Below are positions 26,801-40,000 of a DNA stretch of 64,000 nucleotides, in pieces. The position numbers and the translations under genes are program-made. The notes beneath the pieces were generated by a model. The model saw only the letters and a list, made by a program, of their open reading frames with translations. It had not been told where the DNA came from and searched no databases. This DNA is from Auanema rhodensis (Eukaryota > Animalia > Nematoda): positions 15,562,001 to 15,626,000 of the forward strand of contig OZ059898.1 in NCBI GenBank assembly GCA_964057225.1. The letters are read 5' to 3'. The stretch's first letter is position 1, and every line of letters begins with the position of its first letter.

Positions 26801-29800
26801 GATGGGGTCGAGATAAACTATTTTTCAGGAAAATAGAGAGGTCCTCGTCAATTTATATTAGAAAATTCAGAATCTACACATCTGAATACCCAACTTGTGA
26901 TTATTTTTATTTGATCATAGTTCACGATCTGGGAGTAAATCGAGCATTCACCGGGCACAACATGACTACAGCCTGAACTTTTTTGTGAACAAATCTTGGG
27001 ATGGGGTCGAGATAAACTATTTTTCAGGAAAATAGAGAGGTCCTTGTCAATTTATATTAGAAAATTCAGAATCTACACATCTGAATACCCAACTTGTGAT
27101 TATTTTTATTTGATCATAGTTCACGATCTGGGAGTAAATCGAACATTCACCGGGCACAACGTGACTACAGCCTGAACTTTTTTGTGAACAAATCTTGGGA
27201 TGGGGTGGAGATAAACTATTTTTTCGGAAAATAGAGAGGTCCTCATTAATTTTTATTAGAAAATTCAGAATCTACACATCTGAATACCCAACTTGTGATT
27301 ATTTTTATTTGATCATAGTGTACGATCTGGGAGTAAATCGAGCATTCACCGGGCACAACATGACTACAGCCTGAACTTTTTTGTTAACAAATCTTGGGAT
27401 GGGGTTGAGATAAACTATTTTTCAGGAAAATAGAGAGGTCCTCGTCAGTTTATATTAGAAAATTCAGAATCTACACATCTGAATACCCAACTTGTGATTA
27501 TTTCTATTTGATCATACTTCACGATCTGGGAGTAAATCGAACATTCACCGGGCACAACGTGACTACAGCCTGAACTTTTTTGTGAACAAATCTTGGGATG
27601 GGGTCGAGATAAACTATTTTTCAGGAAAATAGAGAGGTCCTCGTCAGTTTATATTAGAAAATTCAGAATCTACACATCTGAATACCCAACTTGTGATTAT
27701 TTCTATTTGATCATACTTCACGATCTGGGAGTAAATCGAACATTCACCGGGCACAACGTGACTACAGCCTGAACTTTTTTGTGAACAAATCTTGGGATGG
27801 GGTCGAGATAAACTATTTTTTCGGAAAATAGACAGGTCCTCGTCAATTGTTATTAGAAAATTCAGAATCTACACATCTGAATACCCAACTTGTGATTATT
27901 TCTATTTGATCATACTTCACGATCTGGGAGTAAATCGAACATTCACCGGGCACAACGTGACTACAGCCTGAACTTTTTTGTGAACAAATCTTGGGATGGG
28001 GTCGAGATAAACTATTTTTTCGGAAAATAGACAGGTCCTCGTCAATTGTTATTAGAAAATTCAGAATCTACACATCTGAATACCCAACTTGTGATTATTT
28101 CTATTTGATCATACTTCACGATCTGGGAGTAAATCGAGCATTCACCGGGCACAACATGACTACAGCCTGAACTTTTTTGTGAACAAATCTTGGGATGGGG
28201 TCGAGATAAACTATTTTTTCGGAAAATAGACAGGTCCTCGTCAATTGTTATTAGAAAATTCAGAATCTACACATCTGAATACCCAACTTGTGATTATTTC
28301 TATTTGATCATACTTCACGATCTGGGAGTAAATCGAGCATTCACCGGGCACAACATGACTACAGCCTGAACTTTTTTGTGAACAAATCTTGGGATGGGGT
28401 CGAGATAAACTATTTTTTCGGAAAATAGACAGGTCCTCGTCAATTGTTATTAGAAAATTCAGAATCTACACATCTGAATACCCAACTTGTGATTATTTTT
28501 ATTTGATCATAGTTCACGATCTGGGAGTAAATCGAACATTCACCGGGCACAACGTGACTACAGCCTGAACTTTTTTGTGAACAAATCTTGGGATGGGGTG
28601 GAGATAAACTATTTTTCAGGAAAATAGAGAGGTCGTCGTCAATTTATATTAGAAAATTCAGAATCTACACATCTGAATACCCAACTTGTGATTATTTCTA
28701 TTTGATCATACTTCACGATCTGGGAGTAAATCGAACATTCACCGGGCACAACGTGACTACAGCCTGAACTTTTTTGTGAACAAATCTTGGGATGGGGTGG
28801 AGATAAACTATTTTTCAGGAAAATAGAGAGGTTCTCGTCAATTTTTATTAGAAAATTCAGAATCTACACATCTGAATACCCAACTTGTGATTATTTTTAT
28901 TTGATCATAGTTCACGATCTGGGAGTAAATCGAGCATTCACCGGGCACAACATGACTACAGCCTGAACTTTTTTGTGAACAAATCTTGGGATGGGGTCGA
29001 GATAAACTATTTTTTCGGAAAATAGACAGGTCCTCGTCAATTGTTATTAGAAAATTCAGAATCTACACATCTGAATACCCAACTTGTGATTATTTTTATT
29101 TGATCATAGTTCACGATCTGGGAGTAAATCGAGCATTCACCGGGCACAACATGACTACAGCCTGAACTTTTTTGTGAACAAATCTTGGGATGGGGTCGAG
29201 ATAAACTATTTTTTCGGAAAATAGACAGGTCCTCGTCAATTTTTATTAGAAAATTCAGAATCTACACATCTGAATACCCAACTTGTGATTATTTTTATTT
29301 GATCATAGTTCACGATCTGGGAGTAAATCGAGCATTCACCGGGCACAACATGACTACAGCCTGAACTTTTTTGTGAACAAATCTTGGGATGGGGTGGAGA
29401 TAAACTATTTTTTCGGAAAATAGACAGGTCCTCGTCAATTGTTATTAGAAAATTCAGAATCTACACATCTGAATACCCAACTTGTGTTTATTTTTATTTG
29501 ATCATAGTTCACGATCTGGGAGTAAATCGAACATTCACCGGGCACAACATGACTACAGCCTGAACTTTTTTGTGAACAAATCTTGGGATGGGGTCGAGAT
29601 AAACTATTTTTTCGGAAAATAGACAGGTCGTCGTCAATTTATATTAGAAAATTCAGAATCTACACATCTGAATACCCAACTTGTGATTATTTCTATTTGA
29701 TCATACTTCACGATCTGGGAGTAAATCGAACATTCACCGGGCACAACGTGACTACAGCCTGAACTTTTTTGTGAACAAATCTTGGGATGGGGTCGAGATA

Positions 29801-32800
29801 AACTATTTTTTCGGAAAATAGACAGGTCCTCGTCAATTGTTATTAGAAAATTCAGAATCTACACATCTGAATACCCAACTTGTGATTATTTCTATTTGAT
29901 CATAGTTCACGATCTGGGAGTAAATCGAACATTCACCGGGCACAACATGACTACAGCCTGAACTTTTTTGTGAACAAATCTTGGGATGGGGTCGAGATAA
30001 ACTATTTTTTCGGAAAATAGACAGGTCCTCGTCAATTGTTATTAGAAAATTCAGAATCTACACATCTGAATACCCAACTTGTGATTATTTTTATTTGATC
30101 ATAGTTCACGATCTGGGAGTAAATCGAACATTCACCGGGCACAACGTGACTACAGCCTGAACTTTTTTGTGAACAAATCTTGGGATGGGGTCGAGATAAA
30201 CTATTTTTTCGGAAAATAGACAGGTCCTCGTCAATTTTTATTAGAAAATTCAGAATCTACACATCTGAATACCCAACTTGTGATTATTTTTATTTGATCA
30301 TAGTTCACGATCTGGGAGTAAATCGAGCATTCACCGGGCACAACATGACTACAGCCTGAACTTTTTTGTGAACAAATCTTGGGATGGGGTGGAGATAAAC
30401 TATTTTTTCGGAAAATAGACAGGTCGTCGTCAATTTATATTAGAAAATTCAGAATCTACACATCTGAATACCCAACTTGTGATTATTTCTATTTGATCAT
30501 ACTTCACGATCTGGGAGTAAATCGAACATTCACCGGGCACAACGTGACTACAGCCTGAACTTTTTTGTGAACAAATCTTGGGATGGGGTCGAGATAAACT
30601 ATTTTTTCGGAAAATAGACAGGTCCTCGTCAATTGTTATTAGAAAATTCAGAATCTACACATCTGAATACCCAACTTGTGATTATTTCTATTTGATCATA
30701 GTTCACGATCTGGGAGTAAATCGAACATTCACCGGGCACAACATGACTACAGCCTGAACTTTTTTGTGAACAAATCTTGGGATGGGGTGGAGATAAACTA
30801 TTTTTCAGGAAAATAGAGAGGTCCTCGTCAATTTTTATTAGAAAATTCAGAATCTACACATCTGAATACCCAACTTGTGATTATTTCTATTTGATCATAC
30901 TTCACGATCTGGGAGTAAATCGAACATTCACCGGGCACAACGTGACTACAGCCTGAACTTTTTTGTGAACAAATCTTGGGATGGGGTCGAGATAAACTAT
31001 TTTTTCGGAAAATAGACAGGTCCTCGTCAATTGTTATTAGAAAATTCAGAATCTACACATCTGAATACCCAACTTGTGTTTATTTTTATTTGATCATAGT
31101 TCACGATCTGGGAGTAAATCGAACATTCACCGGGCACAACATGACTACAGCCTGAACTTTTTTGTGAACAAATCTTGGGATGGGGTCGAGATAAACTATT
31201 TTTTCGGAAAATAGACAGGTCCTCGTCAATTGTTATTAGAAAATTCAGAATCTACACATCTGAATACCCAACTTGTGATTATTTTTATTTGATCATAGTT
31301 CACGATCTGGGAGTAAATCGAGCATTCACCGGGCACAACATGACTACAGCCTGAACTTTTTTGTGAACAAATCTTGGGATGGGGTCGAGATAAACTATTT
31401 TTTCGGAAAATAGACAGGTCCTCGTCAATTGTTATTAGAAAATTCAGAATCTACACATCTGAATACCCAACTTGTGATTATTTTTATTTGATCATAGTTC
31501 ACGATCTGGGAGTAAATCGAACATTCACCGGGCACAACGTGACTACAGCCTGAACTTTTTTGTGAACAAATCTTGGGATGGGGTGGAGATAAACTATTTT
31601 TCAGGAAAATAGAGAGGTCGTCGTCAATTTATATTAGAAAATTCAGAATCTACACATCTGAATACCCAACTTGTGATTATTTCTATTTGATCATACTTCA
31701 CGATCTGGGAGTAAATCGAACATTCACCGGGCACAACGTGACTACAGCCTGAACTTTTTTGTGAACAAATCTTGGGATGGGGTGGAGATAAACTATTTTT
31801 CAGGAAAATAGAGAGGTCCTCGTCAATTTTTATTAGAAAATTCAGAATCTACACATCTGAATACCCAACTTGTGATTATTTTTATTTGATCATAGTTCAC
31901 GATCTGGGAGTAAATCGAGCATTCACCGGGCACAACATGACTACAGCCTGAACTTTTTTGTGAACAAATCTTGGGATGGGGTCGAGATAAACTATTTTTT
32001 CGGAAAATAGACAGGTCCTCGTCAATTGTTATTAGAAAATTCAGAATCTACACATCTGAATACCCAACTTGTGATTATTTCTATTTGATCATACTTCACG
32101 ATCTGGGAGTAAATCGAGCATTCACCGGGCACAACATGACTACAGCCTGAACTTTTTTGTGAACAAATCTTGGGATGGGGTCGAGATAAACTATTTTTTC
32201 GGAAAATAGACAGGTCCTCGTCAATTGTTATTAGAAAATTCAGAATCTACACATCTGAATACCCAACTTGTGATTATTTTTATTTGATCATAGTTCACGA
32301 TCTGGGAGTAAATCGAGCATTCACCGGGCACAACATGACTACAGCCTGAACTTTTTTGTGAACAAATCTTGGGATGGGGTCGAGATAAACTATTTTTTCG
32401 GAAAATAGACAGGTCCTCGTCAATTTTTATTAGAAAATTCAGAATCTACACATCTGAATACCCAACTTGTGATTATTTTTATTTGATCATAGTTCACGAT
32501 CTGGGAGTAAATCGAGCATTCACCGGGCACAACATGACTACAGCCTGAACTTTTTTGTGAACAAATCTTGGGATGGGGTCGAGATAAACTATTTTTTCGG
32601 AAAATAGACAGGTCCTCGTCAATTGTTATTAGAAAATTCAGAATCTACACATCTGAATACCCAACTTGTGATTATTTCTATTTGATCATACTTCACGATC
32701 TGGGAGTAAATCGAGCATTCACCGGGCACAACATGACTACAGCCTGAACTTTTTTGTGAACAAATCTTGGGATGGGGTGGAGATAAACTATTTTTTCGGA

Positions 32801-33547
32801 AAATAGACAGGTCCTCGTCAATTGTTATTAGAAAATTCAGAATCTACACATCTGAATACCCAACTTGTGATTATTTCTATTTGATCATACTTCACGATCT
32901 GGGAGTAAATCGAGCATTCACCGGGCACAACATGACTACAGCCTGAACTTTTTTGTGAACAAATCTTGGGATGGGGTGGAGATAAACTATTTTTTCGGAA
33001 AATAGACAGGTCCTCGTCAATTGTTATTAGAAAATTCAGAATCTACACATCTGAATACCCAACTTGTGATTATTTTTATTTGATCATAGTTCACGATCTG
33101 GGAGTAAATCGAACATTCACCGGGCACAACATGACTACAGCCTGAACTTTTTTGTGAACAAATCTTGGGATGGGGTCGAGATAAACTATTTTTCAGGAAA
33201 ATAGAGAGGTCGTCGTCAATTTATATTAGAAAATTCAGAATCTACACATCTGAATACCCAACTTGTGTTTATTTTTATTTGATCATAGTTCACGATCTGG
33301 GAGTAAATCGAGCATTCACCGGGCACAACGTGACTACAGCCTGAACTTTTTTGTGAACAAATCTTGGGATGGGGTCGAGATAAACTATTTTTCAGGAAAA
33401 TAGAGAGGTCGTCGTCAATTTATATTAGAAAATTCAGAATCTACACATCTGAATACCCAACTTGTGTTTATTTTTATTTGATCATAGTTCACGATCTGGG
33501 AGTAAATCGAACATTCACCGGGCACAACATGACTACAGCCTGAACTT
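14852..33547 (+). repeat. 199-bp tandem satellite, left arm (about 94 monomers)
   Basis: GATGGGG recurs at 14861, 15060, 15259 ... 33368, which is exactly 93 x 199 from the first. Confidence 0.98.
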
Positions 33548-33996
33548 TGTTTTGCGCCGTCGTGTCCTTAGAAATGGGTGAGCGGAGCAGTGGCATAGTT
33601 GGTTCAGTGGTAGATTTTTGTAGTGCTCTTGATCGAAGAGAATATGGAGAGAATATTTATTATGCAACGGTAACAAGAATAAATTCTTTTACACTATTGA
33701 CACATAAGAATTTGAGGAATCCTCTCGGCTTATATACTAACGCGAGAGGTAAGATATAATGTTAACTTAGAGAATTCAGAGATACAAAAAGGGGGAGGAG
33801 AAGCAAGCGTTATCTCATGCTTATTCTGCGGAGATATGCGTGGGGGATGAGTAGCCTATGAGTCATGAGTAAAAAGAGCCTTAGGTTCAACTTACACGAA
33901 TATTGATCAGTTAAAAGAGATTTATAAAGAATTATGAAGTATTAGAAAAAGATAGAGTTTTTAAGGTTTTTTAGGAATATAGAGTGCTCAAGCACA
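33548..33996 (-). repeat. 3' LTR (449 bp)
   Basis: Identical by eye to 41529-41977. Minus-strand TATATAA (33730-33736) and AATAAA (33656-33661). Preceded on the minus strand by the short PPT-like GGCCGGAG. Confidence 0.96.
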
Positions 33997-34010
33997 CTCC
34001 GGCCGACGAG

Positions 34011-37000
34011 TTAGAAGATGTCCTGGAACTCGATCGTACTGTCCTTACTGGGTGATGTTCGTGACTGCTTGGCTGGTGGTAGGTCTGTTTCTGTCCTTTT
34101 TGTTCTCAGTTTTCTTGGTGGTGTTTGGGTGTCCTTTGATAAGGTTGGCTGAATGGTCTTTGGGACCATTTGCTTCAATAGGTCCTTGATCTGTCGGAGT
34201 TCATCCAATATGTCCTTGCCTTTGTCGTCATTGTTTGATCTCATAATAATTCGAGTCAAAGTTGTAAGATCCTCACCGATGTTGCGGGTTGTGAGATCTA
34301 TCCTTTTGAGTTCGGGCATAGCTTCTACGACTATAATGTTGCTCTTTGTAGTGGGAGCTGGATCCCTTTCCTTCTGGACCTTTGTAAATCCATAAGGCAT
34401 GTTCTTAAGTTCGATAGAGCTAAGATGGTCCTTCTGAATGTTGCGGACGAGGTCTGTGAGGCGCTTCTCATTGCCAAAAATTCTAAGCTTTTCCTTTTCC
34501 ATATTAAAAACATAAGATGTTTTAGCTGTAGATAGGAAATCTTTGAGCTTGATGTATGCTATTAAAGCATTAGCTGCGACATCGTTGACTTTTCCGGTGG
34601 GAGTTTCCTTGTTCTCCTCTAAGCTAAAGAGAAGCTTCAGGGTGGAGTCCATGGTCCTAGTCAGTTCTTTGAGGCATTCGGTCCTCTTTTCCAAGGGAAG
34701 TCGGATGTATTTCTGGCATCTATGATTGGAGCGATCAATGACACCTTGAATATCGGAGCAGCGAGTAGTAGGAATAGACATTATAGTGAGTATGAATACG
34801 AGAAGGATGTGAGTCTTTCTTTTGTATAGAAGAAAGAGCTGGCGGGCGAAGAAGCTGGTGACAGCGATGGGTAACCAGAGAATAATTTTTACGAGGTGAA
34901 TGATGACATGGGCGGAGCTGACGGTGAATTTTGTTGCGTAAGCCGCGATGATGTGATAAGAAACAGCAAGGGCTAGCATTACTATAAGGATGCAGATTGC
35001 AATTTCTTTGTACCAGCCTAGGTAGATGTTGTAGAAATGGGTAATATCGGGCCATTGAAAGGTAATAGCTGTTTCGTGAAGTGAGGAGTGGTTTCCTTCT
35101 ATGTAGTGTTTCTGCAGGTCCTGAATATTGCTGACGTAATATAATATTCCTGTTAGAGAGAAATATTGTATATTGTGTCCGCATGAATATGAACAGTTGA
35201 TCCATGGTGATGCTGTAGTGATAGGTAATCGAATATTGTTTGATGTTCCTTTTGGACTGCATTGTAGCATAAAGGCTGTGTCACCGCAGTTCGTGGCAGC
35301 TAAAGCATTCATGGGTGAAGTACATATGATGTTGGCTTGTGCTCCGTTTTGGCAGTTGTAGCATCCTCTAACCATTGAGTCATGGATTAAACATGTCGAG
35401 TCGTCGTGCGATGATGATACATTGAAGATTCCATCCACTGTTACATAAATTTCTGCCATCATGTTGCGATAGATGTTGATTTCAAGGTTCCGTTGTGACT
35501 GTTCGATTGAGTAAGCAGGTGTGAATATAGGTAAAATGGTTTGAACACTGTTAAAGACTGATTGAATGTTCTGGTTTTCACAATGGCAGTTGACTGAGTC
35601 TTCTGCAGGAGTGCATTCACACTGAGGGTTTGCTTTACAGTCCAATTTCTTTGCTTTTTCATGAGATGAGCATGTCAGTGTAGACTTCATGTTCCATATG
35701 GCCAGTCTTGTCAAATTTCTAATAAATTGTCCTTGCATTCTTGGAATAATAGGAGGTGTTAGACTGATTGCGGAGAATTTGAAAGGATGTACGTCTGTTT
35801 GAATGTCCGAATGAAGCGTGATGTTCCGTGAAGTGGTTGTGGTTCCGTTCAGATAGGTGATATGTAGTTGTGTGGAAGGTATCCATTCGTTACATGAAAA
35901 GACTTCGTAAACAGATTTGTCTATAGGTTTCATGTAGGTGCGGTAGAAGAGGCATCCTGAAGATGGATAGAAGCAGCCACAGCCAAATCCTCCGCAGGAT
36001 TCTGTGCAGTGTGTAGATCCAGGATATTGGTTGGCTAGTTCTAGTTCGTGAACCATGGTGTCCGATTGAATGGTGCTGCATTTGTTTTCTTGGCAAGATC
36101 CAGTTCTTGCGCATCTTTTGCTATTCTTTACATGAGTACTGGTTGCTCGGGTGAAGAAGAGTGAACGGATTTCACAGAAGTATGTTGTTTTGATCCATTG
36201 TATGCGCAGAAAGGAGAACTTGTTCTGATTGTTAGTGAACGTTAGGCATGCTTCTTGTGTGTACGGGCTGATAGTGAGAGATTGTCCAGTCTGTATCTTG
36301 CATGTTTCTTTGTTGCATGAGGATTCTTGGGAAGTGCTCATACTAAGTTCTTGGCAAGCCATTGATTGGTGAATTAACAGAAGCGTTATTAATGGGATAA
36401 CTGTTTTCTTGTTAAATCTATTTGTCCGGATGTATAGCTGTCCGAATAACGATGTGCATATTGCGTATATGAAGTTGGTCCAAAGTCTGATGGCTTTTCC
36501 AATGACCCATGGTGAATGCAATAGTCCGTAGCAAATGGCTGTGATTATGTAGGTTATGAAGCTGAATAGTAACATAGAGGTCCAGGGCCAGCAAGATGGG
36601 TTAAATAATGTGGCTGAGCAGAACGTGCATGACACTGTAGAGCAAAAATGAACTGCTGGACAGTTTAATGTCATGTATTGTAGTCTGGAGTTGTGATTAA
36701 AGGTCCAAGTTACTTCGTAGTCTGATAGGATGTCCTCAAGAGGAAGAGTTATCAATCCTCCTTCACTACTGTTGTAACAAGTATTGTGTGAGCATACTTG
36801 TTGATTATCCGTGTTCATTCCTTGTATCAAGACTCCCTTTGGATTGCAGGAGATAGTTGGATTGGCCATTGTTGTAGGTAGGAATATAGTGAATATTGTT
36901 AGAAGAGTGAGTATTGATGCAGTTTCTCCGTACCATTTTCTTTCAAGATTGCGAGGATTTTGTTGTCGTTGAGTGACTGCGGGGCTTATAGTTTCCAATT

Positions 37001-40000
37001 TCTGAAGAGTTTGTGGAATATTGTCCGTGGATAGTTCCATTGGGTGTAGTAAGTTGACTGGTCTTTTCAATTCTCTTCCATTCTCTGATAGAAGTGTGAC
37101 TTCCCTTATATTACCCGCTGAGTCGGGGTGAATATTCGTAATTCGTCCTGTTGGCCATTTGTGTCTAGGAATTGGGCTATCGTTGATCAAAACGATTTGT
37201 CCAATTTCTGGTTTTGTGTTGGTGCCTGCTTTCTTCACGGATATTGTGTGGTGATGAGACTCTCGGAGTTCTTTGAGGTAGAGTTCAGACCATAGTTCCC
37301 AAAATTTGTTTGTCCGTTTACGGGAAGAGTGTAAGGCTAGTTCCGTATCTGCTTGTGTTTGAAGAGCTGGATTGTCGATGTATTCTGAATCTTCATCTTC
37401 AGATTCAATGTAGATGTTCAGATCTATGTCCTTATGGATGAAGTCGCATGGTCGAATGATTTCGTCTCTCGTCGTGTCTGATCCAATATAGGTTAGTGGT
37501 CGTGTGTTGATTGTCGCTTCACATTCTGCCAATGTGATTGACAATTCTTCTGTTGATGGTGTGCCGTGAAGTGTTTTGTATAAGGCATTTTTTACTGATC
37601 TTATGAGTCGTTCATAAAATCCTCCTTGCCATGGGGCGTATGGAGTTATGTTGTACCATTTGACTCGATGCTGATTCTCGGAAGTGTTAGTAGTGGCTGT
37701 TACGATGAGCTTGTTGGCGATTTTCTGTCCTAGCTCGAAGGTAGATGCATTGTCACATGTGATGCTTTCTGGGCATCCTCGTCTGGCCCAAATTTTTCTC
37801 AAGCAACTCAAGAAAGATTTAGTAGTTAAATCTTCAATCACTTCCAAGTGAATGAGTCTTGTGACGGTACAGGTGTAGATGCAGCCCCAAGCTTTCTGGT
37901 TTCGGTCCTGTGTTGTTATGGGTCCGAAGTAGTCTAGTCCAACGTGTTGAAATGGGCGACTTTTCCTTATACGTCTGCTTGGTACATCTCCTGAAGGTGG
38001 GTAGATGTATGGCCGATTGTTCATCTTTTGACAATCAGGGCATTTCCTTATTACGGATTGAGTTTGTGAGCGAAGTTGCGGTATCCAGTATTTTTGGCGA
38101 ATATCAGCCATTGTGTGTGCTGTACTCTTGTGGAGTTGTCCGTGAACATGTTCGATTAATAATCTTGCCGTTTTTGTTTTAGGTAAGATTATAATCGGTA
38201 GTTTTGCACTCTCTTCGAGTTCAGCATTGTTCATACGTCCTCTACTATACCATAAATGGTTTCTAAGTAAAGGTCGCAAATCGTTCCTTTGGGCTGCTGA
38301 TAGCCTGACCATTAAATTGTTTTGATGAAGGTGAAGAAGATTGGTTTCTGCTTCTTCATACATGGAAGGCGTATGAGTTGTTGTGAGTGGGTAGTGTACG
38401 GATATCCATTTTTGTTGAGCTTCAATCCAGGATGAGCAGTCTGATATCCAAGGTTCTTCATCGCTTGTTTCTGTAGTGGCTGCGTGTATCCGTATTTCTT
38501 CGTCACAGAGTGAAAACAGAGGTCCGTTTAAAGCTTTTTCTAGCTGTGCTTTTGGGTTCCACCAAAAGTGATCCTCAAGTTCTTCAGTTGTGCAGCCTCT
38601 TGTGGCTAGGTCCGCTGGGTTGTCTTTGGTGTGGATGTATCCAAATGAAGTTTTTATGTCCAGATCTTCGAGCTCTTCAATGTGATTAGAAATTTCCTTG
38701 ATTCGGTTCTGTACTAAAACTCCTGTCGTTTTTTGGTCTGGTTTTTTGCGAATCCAAGCAAGTGTTATTTCTGAGTCGGAGAGGAATGTAGCTGTTAGAA
38801 TCTTGATGTTGTCCTGTATTTCCTTCACGATTTTTAGCGTGTTAAAAACTCCAATCGTTAGTGCCGAGATTTCAGCCTTTGGAATTGTTATTGTTGAGTT
38901 TTTGGAATGCAATTTAGATTTTGCGAATATTAAGGCTAATTGTCGTGTTGATGCTGCGATTAAGTAGCAGCAGAATCCTAATGCATTGCCGCTAGAATCG
39001 GTACATGTTACCAGATGGTATTGTCCATTGGTATCCGATGGTAGGGGACGGGGGATCCTTATGTTGATGTGAAAATTTTCGCATAATTGTTTCCATCTGG
39101 TTTGGATTTCCATTGGTAGTGTAGTGTCCCAATCGAAACTTTCTGTCCATAGATTTTGAAGGAAGATTCGTAGTGGGTGTAAACTTGGGCAGATCATACC
39201 CATTGGATCGAAGATTGATGCGATAGCTTGTGTGACTCCTCTCTTTGTTAGCTTGGTTTCCGGGATTTGAGCTTGAATTATCCATTGGTCTGATAATGTG
39301 TCCCAGGGAAGTCCTAATATTTTAGGTGTTGTGGAGGCATTCCGTTCTTCAGGAGTCAGATTTGAATTGAATATCTGATCGTTGGATATGAACTCTTGGA
39401 GTTTCATATTCATTTCCTGGAATATATCCTTTGTTTCGGAATACCACATTCTGACTTGGTCTGCTGAGTCAGAGGCAAGGAGTAAGTTGTCCACATAAAG
39501 ATTGTCTTTGATTTTATGTGCTAGAAGACTTTCTGAGCTTTTCTTCTGTAGGTGGTGTCGTATGGTGGCTCCGAGAAGGAATGGTGATGCATTGATGCCA
39601 AATGGTACTCGGCAGAATCGTAGAGTTCTGGTGTTGTCCGTGCTTAGTGGTTGATGAATATCTCTGAGCCAAAAGAAACGAGTAGCATCTCTTTCTGACT
39701 CATGGAGTCGAATTTGTAAGAAGGCTTTTTGTACGTCCGCTATCATAGCTGTGTTTCCACATCTGAATCTTAGAATCATTCCAATTAGTGATGGTAAGAT
39801 TAGTGGTCCTTGGTGTATGACGTCGTTCAAGCTAGGCTTGTTTTGATAATGTCCAGAAGCATCGTAGACAATCCTGATTTTAGTAGTCTCTTTCTGAGGA
39901 GTTACTACTGCTTGGTGAGCTATGTAATGGATCCTGTATGCGTTGGGATAAGGGTCCTTAGCTTCTTCGATTATTCCTAGGTCCAACTGTTCTTCAATTA

